From: Candidatus Marinacidobacterales bacterium
Lineage (GTDB): Bacteria; Acidobacteriota; Vicinamibacteria; Marinacidobacterales; SMYC01
DNA: 64,000 nt
Reading direction: 5' to 3'
Assembly (NCBI GenBank): GCA_965224085.1
Contig: CBDCYI010000005.1
Location: forward strand, 576,001 to 640,000
Under the pieces are notes generated by a model. It did not search any database, was not told the origin of the DNA, and saw only the letters and a list, made by a program, of their open reading frames with translations. The translations under genes were made by a program, and so were the position numbers. This document shows, in pieces, positions 1 to 7,605 of the stretch (its first letter is position 1; each line of letters starts with the position of its first letter).

Positions 1-169
1 CAGCTACTAATCCACCTTCGTCACTGGGGACGTAGTAGTACTCTCCGAGCCTGCCGTGGCATACAGAACACAGCAGCGTTCCATCATCACACCCGTTCGG
101 TATGCCGTGGCATACAGAACACAGCAGCGTTCCATCATCACACCCGTTCGGTATGTTCATCCATCTCAT
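1..169 (-). CDS. Small Cys-rich phage-type protein with a duplicated CxxCH(G) unit; runs off the window edge
   Basis: Manual translation from ATG at 169: MRWMNIPNGCDDGTLLCSVCHGIPNGCDDGTLLCSVCHGRLGEYYYVPSDEGGLVA...; GGAAGG upstream; not in the ORF track. Confidence 0.5.
   Translation of the reverse strand, partial: MRWMNIPNGCDDGTLLCSVCHGIPNGCDDGTLLCSVCHGRLGEYYYVPSDEGGLVA
52..153. repeat. Perfect tandem duplication, 2 x 51 bp
   Basis: tgccgtggcatacagaacacagcagcgttccatcatcacacccgttcggta at 52-102 and 103-153. Confidence 0.95.
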
Positions 170-429
170 GTTGTTTCATCCTTCCGTTGATGTCGGAGTC
201 AATTGATTGTGCGTAGTTTGTACCGTGCCGTGTCTGTTGCTACTCGCTACGAAGCTCTAACTCCATGTTCTTCAAGCGCCAACGCATCGCTTTGACCCGC
301 TCTTGTGGCTCGCGAATGTCGGCGCTCTCAATCCGAATCGACTCTTGAAGCTGCTCTTTTGTTGCTGTATCGATTCGATGAATTGCTCCGAGTCGATTCG
401 GATGAACGCCGGAATCGCCATTTTTTTAT

Positions 430-498
430 CGTGGGTGGCATTGGCTGCTCCCTATCGAACACTACCTTCTTTACCGTGGGTGGCATTGGCTGCTCCCT
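430..498. repeat. 24-bp direct repeat, period 45 bp, containing RBS plus ATG on the minus strand
   Basis: cgtgggtggcattggctgctccct at 430-453 and 475-498; minus strand reads AGGGAG-CAGCCA-ATG-CCA-CCC-ACG. Confidence 0.9.
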
Positions 499-523
499 CT
501 TTCTGTTTGGTGGCCAGGATTGG

Positions 524-718
524 CTACTTCTTTCGCGTCCGTCGTGCAAGGTGAGTAACCAAGACGTCACGGACATAATCGGAGAGCGTGCGATCCGCTA
601 GGGATGCTCTGCGTTCCAGTAGCTGCTTAATTTCATCCTCGACCAACACGATGACGCGCGAAGATCTAGGTTTGCTTCCTACAAGTGGTCGTCCGCCTAG
701 ATTGTTTCGTCTTGCCAT
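524..718 (-). CDS. Ribbon-helix-helix (CopG/MobC-like) DNA-binding protein
   Basis: GRP...RVIVLVEDEIKQLLERRASLADRTLSDYVRDVL fits the RHH pattern; ATG at 718. Confidence 0.7.
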   Translation of the reverse strand: MARRNNLGGRPLVGSKPRSSRVIVLVEDEIKQLLERRASLADRTLSDYVRDVLVTHLARRTRKK

Positions 719-1025
719 AACTCGATTATAAGTGGTTTCAGGTAAGTTAACTCCCGAGCGATTCACATTTTTTTTATCCTGTGGAGGGGCGACAAGTAAC
801 TGGAGATGAGTAAGTTGCAGTAGATTGTCTTATCGCGGGCGTGGGGAGGTGATATAGGAACGCGAATTGTCATATGAGCAACATAAAGTGTCATATAGGA
901 TCAAGCAATCGAGTCGAAAGTCGCCATGAGGACATTTGAGCGCATTCGGCAATGCAACCATCGATTGAAGATCTCCTTCAAGACACTATGGTGCGCACAT
1001 ACCAAAAGGCGGCACCTTTCGAAAT

Positions 1026-1415
1026 CTACCGCCCCATCTTCGTTGCGATCCTGTCAGCCAGGCCGGGAAGAGAGGCGTTCGCAGCCCGCTCAAGGAATTT
1101 TGCTTTGCTCGGGTGGGTCTCATGCACAATGGTGGCGTAGTCCACAAACTCGCCTCGTACGCTAGCGCCACCAAACGCGACCTCGAATCGGATTCCTCGT
1201 GCAGAAGCACTCCGCACTAGGTGGCCAGAATCGCGAAGCCGCCCGGTATCGACAGGAGCCCGCTCTTTGGCGTCCTTGAGCAACGAACGCAGCTCTGCCT
1301 CAGTTTCTGTCGCGATGTTCTTCAAGATGTCTTTGCCGAATGTCTCCATGGACGTTGAGATGCGCCTCGTCTCACGCTGTAGTCGACGTGTATCGATTAG
1401 TGACTTCCTAGGCAT
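1026..1415 (-). CDS. HK97-gp10-like phage tail-completion protein
   Basis: AKERAPVDTGRLRDS and YATIVHE motifs, FLERA near the C-terminus. Confidence 0.8.
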   Translation of the reverse strand: MPRKSLIDTRRLQRETRRISTSMETFGKDILKNIATETEAELRSLLKDAKERAPVDTGRLRDSGHLVRSASARGIRFEVAFGGASVRGEFVDYATIVHETHPSKAKFLERAANASLPGLADRIATKMGR

Positions 1416-1553
1416 AGCAACTCGTCTTTGTTAGCGGTCAGCACGCGAGCGTGCAGGAGAACGCTCGCCCGCAAACTGGTGGGGTGCTGCGGGACACATC
1501 ATCGATAGGAGGCCAACCGTGATGAGTCGTGCTGCCGCCATCTCCGTCACGCT

Positions 1554-1751
1554 CTACTCGGTGTTGGCCTCGGACTGACGCAGCCACACCTGCTGAGCCA
1601 ACGGTGACGATTCCAATTTCGAGACAGCATCCTCAAGAATGTTTTGAATCTTGCTGTGATCTACCGGAGCGGCCTTCTCCACACGCGGGCCTTCTCCTGA
1701 TCGTTCGCCGTAGATTTCGGGATTGTCGGCAAGGTACCGAACAATCGCCAT
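1554..1751 (-). CDS. Hypothetical phage protein
   Basis: 65-aa ORF co-oriented with the gp10-like gene; no recognised motif. Confidence 0.4.
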   Translation of the reverse strand: MAIVRYLADNPEIYGERSGEGPRVEKAAPVDHSKIQNILEDAVSKLESSPLAQQVWLRQSEANTE

Positions 1752-1802
1752 CGGCTCGCTCTCGTTCGGATAGCTCTCGGTGGCTTCTTTCTCGAGAGCT
1801 AC

Positions 1803-3050
1803 ATGGACGCTGGCAACGAGGCTCGTTGGACGGCCAAGCGAGGTGATTTCCTCGCTATGTGCGCAATCAATCAGATCAGATCAAAGAGACCTTCTGAGAA
1901 TCCTTTTCAATCACGGACCGCTCATGTTGTCCGGTCGTTGAAGCATCCAGACGAGGTCCGGACGCTGCGGCGCGTATACGGTTCAGGATTCTTCCTAATC
2001 GGAATATTTGGCAGCGAACAATCGCGGCTAACATTCTTGACGGAGGACAAAGGAATTGGAAAACAGAAAGCGAAGAAGCTCGTCCGACGCGATGCCAGCG
2101 AGGAGAATGAGCTTGGTCAGCGCACCAAGGATACGTTCCACTTGTCGGATTTTTTTGTATATCTTCACGCGGATGACACCAGGCGTAAGAAAGAAATCTG
2201 GCGTCGTCTAGAACTGATTTTCGCCAATCCCTTTGTGACAACGACTCCGGACGAGTATGCGATGTATCTCGCACACGCAGCGTCGCTGCGATCCGCGGAT
2301 CTATCTCGCGAGGTTGGCGCTGTCATTATGTCGAAGGACAACGACATCATTGCGACTGGGGCGAATGACGTACCCACCGCACGGGGAGGCTTGTACTGGC
2401 CGGGTGCGAACGACCGTAGAGATTACAAGATGGGATACGATTCGAATGCGCGCATTCGGAACGAGATCATCATCGACGTTATGAAACGATTGCATCCAGA
2501 GGCTTCAGCGATGGATGAGGCAACCTTGTTGGCGCGAGGAAAAGAACGGCTTAGAGGCAGCGAGCTTTTAGGTATTACCGAGTACGGGCGGGCGGTACAC
2601 GCCGAGATGGAGGCAATCCTCCATTGCAGTCGTGTCGGGGTGACACCTACGAACGGGACACTTTATTCGACCACGTTTCCGTGTCACAATTGCGCGAAGC
2701 ATATTGTAGGTGCCGGGATTAAGCGTGTTGTATTCATTGAACCTTATCCAAAAGGCCGCGCCGAGGAGCTTCATTCCGACTCGATTCTCATTGGACCGGC
2801 AAAAAGAAGTCCCAAGAAAGTAGTTTTTGAACCTTTCTTTGGAATTGGGCCTAGGCGATTCTTTGATCTTTTCTCAATCAGGCTGGGCTCCGGTTTCCCC
2901 TTGAGGCGCGCAGAAAAGGGTAGGAAGGTGGAATGGAAAAAAAAGGGGGCACAGCCCCGTATTCCGATGCTCCCAACTTCGTATCTTGACAGAGAGACTT
3001 TCATCGCGGATGAGCTGAATGGGCTAATTCCTGAGGGAGACGAGAAATGA
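1803..3050 (+). CDS. Anti-phage dCTP/dCMP deaminase (kinase-like domain plus deaminase), probably lacking its N-terminus
   Basis: SLKHPDEV..LRRVYG, SADLSREVGA, VHAEMEA, FPCHNC, IEPYPK and GIGPRRF motifs of the AvcD/Dcd family; no P-loop upstream of MDAGN. Confidence 0.85.
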   Translation: MDAGNEARWTAKRGDFLAMCAINQIRSKRPSENPFQSRTAHVVRSLKHPDEVRTLRRVYGSGFFLIGIFGSEQSRLTFLTEDKGIGKQKAKKLVRRDASEENELGQRTKDTFHLSDFFVYLHADDTRRKKEIWRRLELIFANPFVTTTPDEYAMYLAHAASLRSADLSREVGAVIMSKDNDIIATGANDVPTARGGLYWPGANDRRDYKMGYDSNARIRNEIIIDVMKRLHPEASAMDEATLLARGKERLRGSELLGITEYGRAVHAEMEAILHCSRVGVTPTNGTLYSTTFPCHNCAKHIVGAGIKRVVFIEPYPKGRAEELHSDSILIGPAKRSPKKVVFEPFFGIGPRRFFDLFSIRLGSGFPLRRAEKGRKVEWKKKGAQPRIPMLPTSYLDRETFIADELNGLIPEGDEK

Positions 3051-3220
3051 AAAAGGCTCGCAAAGCGACCGAGAAGGAGATCAAGGAATTTCGCACTGCC
3101 GCTAAGCTGGCTTCCCAAGAGGTGGCGAATTGGCCTGAGTGGAAAAAGACAGGACTCAAATTGGCGTCCCGTGAGGATTCCCGCAAAAATGCTGACAAAG
3201 TCACTGAGGAGCCGAGTTGA
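3047..3220 (+). CDS. 57-aa basic protein coupled to the deaminase
   Basis: ATGA overlap with the deaminase stop; GGGAG upstream; MKKARKATEKEIKEFRTAAKLASQEVANWPEWKKTGLKLASREDSRKNADKVTEEPS. Confidence 0.65.
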   Translation: MKKARKATEKEIKEFRTAAKLASQEVANWPEWKKTGLKLASREDSRKNADKVTEEPS

Positions 3221-3656
3221 CACGCGACAATTCCTAGATCGCTTTTCTAAACAGCAAGGGGAGCCATCGATCACTACGGACAATCGCGGGTTGTCCGAAA
3301 CCCCGACACAGGGGGGGTATCGCGGGAGCGCGCTGGCCGCTGACAAGCGATCCCTGGGAAGCCAAGGGATTCCCCCAAGAACTGTTAAACACGTTTGCAG
3401 CGGAAGTCCAGGTGTCGGATTATTGACGTGGGTCAGGGTCGGTTTATCCAGATCAATGCCTTGGCGACTGTCTTGTCAGTAACGGAAATCCGAGCGGCGA
3501 TTCTACGTAGACTTAGGCCGAGGGCGTGCAACTGCGCTACCTGGCCAGCAATACGTTGATAAAGAGGTGGCTCCACAGTCTCGAGCAAGGCGACCTCCAG
3601 AGTAATCTCCGCCGTGGTTCGAATTCTTTGCGTCCGTGTCCACCAATCAAAGTACT

Positions 3657-3888
3657 CTAGTTCCTCACCTTAGCTTTTTCGTCCAAACCCGTCTCCACAA
3701 TGTCTCCACTTTCAGAGACGGGATTGCGGTTCTCCAGCAAACGGATCGCGCTTACGACTGCGGCCGGACTCAAGTGCATGTAGCGCTGTGTCGTTGTGAT
3801 GTCCTTGTGGCCGGCAAGCTCCTGAATCGCCCGGGCTGGTGCTCCGCGCATCGCGAGGTGCGAACAAAACGAATGACGAAGCACGGGT
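3657..3888 (-). pseudogene. Tyrosine recombinase/phage integrase, C-terminal fragment
   Basis: LRHSFCSHL...IQELAGH...TTQRY (box II and catalytic Tyr); the 5' part is replaced by an IS end at 3889. Confidence 0.85.
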
Positions 3889-4129
3889 TGTGGTTTCCAT
3901 TTACTCGTCCGGGCGCGTCCCTATTGATCTTTCTCGGCTGTGGCGGTCACTATGCCTTCATGCTCCGATCGCTCCTGTGCTCACTCATCTCGGCGTTCAA
4001 GACGCACCGCTCGCTGGCGCTCGAGAATCTCGCCCTTCGGCAGCAGCTCGCTGTGCTCCAGCGCTCGGTGAAACGGCCACAAATCTCGGATCTTGACCGC
4101 GGTTTCTGGGTGCTCTTGTGCCGATTCTC
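3889..4129 (+). mobile_element. Left-end remnant of an IS3/IS481-like integrase-core element
   Basis: TG-starting end; LALENLALRQQLAVL...DRGFWVLL N-terminus homologous to the element at 54712; cut by IS5. Confidence 0.75.
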
Positions 4130-5216
4130 TGCCTTGGTGCACAACTCGCGATCTCGGTCCACAATTGTCCTGTACTCGCGGATACGAGGTTCCCCATGAG
4201 CATTTTCAAACGCACTCAGCGGAAGTATGTGAAGAAGGCCTATCGCGTGAGGAATTGGCGTGAATATGAGGCGGGTCTACGCAACCGCGGGAGCCTGACC
4301 GTCTGGATCTCGCTCACCGCCGGCAAGCTTGTGAACTGGGACGCGCCCTGGCCAAGGAGGAGGAAACCGGGCCGTCAACGCAAGTAGTCGAACCACGCCA
4401 TCGAGACGGCTGTCACCCTGGGCATGGTGTTTCATCTGTCGTCTAGGCAGAGCGAGGGATTGCTGCGATCGTTGTTCGCTCTGATGAAGCTAGACAATGA
4501 TGTGCCCGATCACACCACGATCTCGAGGCGCAAGGCGAAGCTGGGTAAGGTCCCCTTCTACCAAGACAAGCAGAAGACGCCGTTGCACATCTTGATCGAC
4601 AGCAGCGGTCTCGCTGTCCACGCCGGCCAGCTGCGCAGAGCACCAAATAGCAGGGACTATCGCAAGCTCCATCTGTGTGTCGACGAGCAGAGTGGCGAAG
4701 TCGTCGCCGGCGAGCTGACGAGCAAAAGAGCCCGCGATTCATCGCGGGTTGCATCGCTTGTCGGACAGAGCGACAGTCCCATCTCATCGGCCAGAGCTGA
4801 CACCGCATACGACGCCAGCGGCGTCTATGAGGCAATCGAGAATCACAGCGCTCATCGCTCGCCGAGGGTGCTGATACCGCCGCGCAAGGGCGCCCTGCTC
4901 GCATCGGGGCCGGCGAGCAGCCGACAGCGCAATCGCAACATTGCAGCACAAGCTCGGCTCGGCAAACGAAAGTGGCACACAGAATCGGGCTACAGCAAAC
5001 GGAGCAAAGTCGAGACAACGTTCCATCGCTACAAGGCTATCGTGGGCTCAGCGATGCGAGCGAGAGGGTTGGCGGCACAGAGAGTCGAGGCAAGGATCGG
5101 GTGCAAGATTCTCAACACCATGACGGCGCTCGGGATGCCTGATAGCGAGATGATCGGATGATGGGAGTCGGGGCCAAGCGAGCTCTCGGCCTCTATCGGA
5201 GTTGTGCACCAAGGCA
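4130..5216 (+). mobile_element. IS5-family element (IS903 group)
   Basis: Perfect 18-bp terminal IR tgccttggtgcacaactc (4130-4147) / gagttgtgcaccaaggca (5199-5216); no target duplication visible. Confidence 0.9.
4197..5161 (+). pseudogene. IS5/IS903-group DDE transposase with an in-frame TAG at 4385-4387
   Basis: NWREYEAGLRNRGSLTVW, PDHTTISRR, IDSSG, RKLHL, ADTAYD, YSKRSKVETTF; ORFs 4118-4387 and 4424-5161 share a frame. Confidence 0.9.
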
Positions 5217-5672
5217 CCCGTCCGGTGTGATGAAGACGTTGTGAACGCCGCCAAGCGTCGGGATCCGCTTCACGACTTTCCCTTCGTCGAGGTGGATGAC
5301 GTCGACGAATGCGTCTTGCCGCGTGATGGCGACATAGATCTTACGCCCGTTCGGCGTGATGGCCACATTGTTGGGCCGGCCGGTGAGCGGGATCTGCTTC
5401 GACACTTTCAGGGTGTTCGTGGGAACGATGTCGAGTGTGTGGTCGACCTCATTGCTGAAGTAGAGCGCGCTTCCGTCGGGCGCCGAGGTCACGCCATGCG
5501 CCATGGGAAGCCCAGGGATTTCGTCCACGATCTCGTGGGTTGCCGGATCGATGATGTGAGCGTTGTCGCCTGCGGCGTTCGTTTGGATGATACGCACGGT
5601 TTGGGCCCCAAGGGGAGCCGCGAGAAAGAGTGTCGTCACCGATAGGCGAAGCGCTTTGGCCAGTTGGGTCAT
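5217..5672 (-). pseudogene. YncE/YVTN beta-propeller protein, 3'-truncated by IS5
   Basis: Signal peptide, AHGVTSAPDG, RPNNVAITPNG and HNVFITPDG repeats; stops at the IS IR. Confidence 0.8.
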
Positions 5673-5731
5673 GTCTGCCCCCTTTGTGAGTCCGCTAGAC
5701 GGGCACAGCCTGTACGAATTCGGCGAAAGTT

Positions 5732-6712
5732 TCAACCGATATCGGCCTGCTCTTTCACATATTCCGCCGCTTGGCGATGGGTGGCGAACCAAACGCCGTC
5801 CTTGGTGCCTATATAGTCGATCAGCTCTCGCAAGATGACGATGCGGGAGCGGTGGCCGATATAGTGCGGGTGCATCGTGAGAAGGAACATCGTGCCTTCC
5901 TCGTAGGCGACGTCGAACTCGTCCTTGTAGACCTGAAGGACGTCGCGCGGCGCGCTGTAGCGGCCGCCTAGCGGGTTCAGGAGAGGCGCGTCGTCGAGGA
6001 TCCATTCGACGGGAAGCTCGATGAGCCCGGTGGGCTCGCCTGCCGTGTTGAGCTCGTAGGGGCGATCGTCCGCCATTAGAGAGCTGTCGTACAAGAAGCC
6101 GAGGTCCCGGATGATGCCGAGGGTGTTCGGGCTGAAGTTCCACGACGGAGCACGGTAGCCGACGGGGCGCTCTCCGGTGGCCTGCGTCAAGTAGTCCACG
6201 GCACGTTGGACGAGCTCACGTTCCACGTCGGCGGGGAGGTCCGAGTTTCGCTCGTGAATCCAACCGTGGACGGCGAACTCGTGGCGGCCGGATGACTGAA
6301 TCACGCCGCCCATTTGTGGGTTGAGCCTCAAGCTTTCCGAAGGGATGAAAAACGACGCGGGGATCTCGTGACGGTCGATGAGGCCAACGACGCGCTCAAG
6401 CGCGACGCGTGCGCCATACTCCCCTTGGGAGAGCGAGCCGATGGTGGGCTCTCCGTAGCGCAGCGCGATCGTCTCGTTGTCGACATCGAAGGAAAGCAGC
6501 ACCGCGACACGCGCGCCGCCGGGCCAGCTGTCTGGTTGGAGATTGCGGCCAGCGCGGACTTGGTTGACGGTCTCGTCGATCTGGTCGACCGTCCACTGCC
6601 AACCGGGGACGACGGTCTGTTGGTTTTCTACCTCGGCAGGGGGTGACGGCGACACGCAGGCGGTGGCGACGAAAGCTGCCGTCATCGCAGAGACAATGAG
6701 GTTGGTTTTCAC
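5732..6712 (-). CDS. Polysaccharide deacetylase (CE4, PuuE/PgdA-like), possible lipoprotein
   Basis: LSFDVD, HGWIHE, GYRAPSW, YDSSLM, MHPHYIG; ATAC lipobox-like. Confidence 0.9.
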   Translation of the reverse strand: MKTNLIVSAMTAAFVATACVSPSPPAEVENQQTVVPGWQWTVDQIDETVNQVRAGRNLQPDSWPGGARVAVLLSFDVDNETIALRYGEPTIGSLSQGEYGARVALERVVGLIDRHEIPASFFIPSESLRLNPQMGGVIQSSGRHEFAVHGWIHERNSDLPADVERELVQRAVDYLTQATGERPVGYRAPSWNFSPNTLGIIRDLGFLYDSSLMADDRPYELNTAGEPTGLIELPVEWILDDAPLLNPLGGRYSAPRDVLQVYKDEFDVAYEEGTMFLLTMHPHYIGHRSRIVILRELIDYIGTKDGVWFATHRQAAEYVKEQADIG

Positions 6713-6727
6713 GGGATTCTCCTGGGC

Positions 6728-6903
6728 TTAGTGGTTCGGCAGGACTTTGCTCGTCCCGACCGTGCGATTGACGCTGATGCGGCCATTGCTCATGACAAGG
6801 AGGGGGTTTTTGAGCACGGACGGTTGCTCGAGAGGATCTCGGTCGAAGACGAGCAACTCCGCCTCGAGGCCGGCTTCGATGGCTCCCGTCTGATCATCGT
6901 ACT
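6728..6903 (-). pseudogene. Amidohydrolase C-terminal fragment
   Basis: Manual translation: DDQTGAIEAGLEAELLVFDRDPLEQPSVLKNPLLVMSNGR; no N-terminal part. Confidence 0.6.
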
Positions 6904-6968
6904 CCTAAGTGCGGTGGTCGATCCCCGCAGGGCGAGGATATTAGCACTGGAGGCTTGGGAGCGAAAAG

Positions 6969-7385
6969 CTAGCCGTACTTTTTCTTCATGTACCCGTAGG
7001 ACTTCGTCACCAATTCCTTCAAAACCCTGGTGCCGAGGTCTTCCAGCTTATTGAAATACAAGCAGGACCTCCCCGTTTTGTGCTTCCCGAGCTTCTTCAT
7101 CAAGCTGCTGTAGCGCTCGAAGCCAGGCATGACGTAGACCACGAGGTTCTTGCTGCGGGGAGAAAAGCCCGTCATGAGCATATCTCCCTCACGGCCGGTC
7201 TCGTACTTGTAGTGATAGCTGCCGAAACCGACCATGCTGTCACCCCAGATCTTGGGTTTCTTGCGCGTGACCGACTTCATCATCTTCAAGAGCGCAAACG
7301 CGTCCCCGCGCTGTCTTTCGTTTTTCAGGCCTTTGAGAAACTTCTCGACGCTCGAATCGGTCGGTACGGTTTTCATGTTCGCCAC
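6969..7385 (-). CDS. DUF1801 (YdhG-like) protein
   Basis: WGDSMVGFGSYHYKYETGREG, GFSPR, LGKHKTGRSCLY. Confidence 0.9.
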   Translation of the reverse strand: MANMKTVPTDSSVEKFLKGLKNERQRGDAFALLKMMKSVTRKKPKIWGDSMVGFGSYHYKYETGREGDMLMTGFSPRSKNLVVYVMPGFERYSSLMKKLGKHKTGRSCLYFNKLEDLGTRVLKELVTKSYGYMKKKYG

Positions 7386-7605
7386 GGACGGACTACTCCT
7401 TTTCGGGCGATCCAAATTTCGTGAGCGGCACGTCGACCCAGCTCTCGTTCTCCCACACTTGGAACAGCTCGCGGAGCTCGGACGAGTCTAAGCGCAGGAT
7501 GTGCCGTAGTAGTAATGATGTTGGGACGATGACCGAGTCGAGGTTGCGCAAGAGCCTTTAGACCTGTAAACTGCCTCTCCAGTAGGGGCTAGGGAGGCGA
7601 CCCTC

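Noticed and set aside
52-498. CRISPR array from the 51-bp and 24-bp repeats
   Set aside because: Only two copies each; periods are multiples of 3 within coding frames; no cas genes in the window
3600-3650. Intact tRNA gene
   Set aside because: Only a T-loop-like word and CCA, with the wrong spacing; no cloverleaf
1-3888. Intact prophage
   Set aside because: Only one structural gene and a broken integrase are visible; more may lie left of the window
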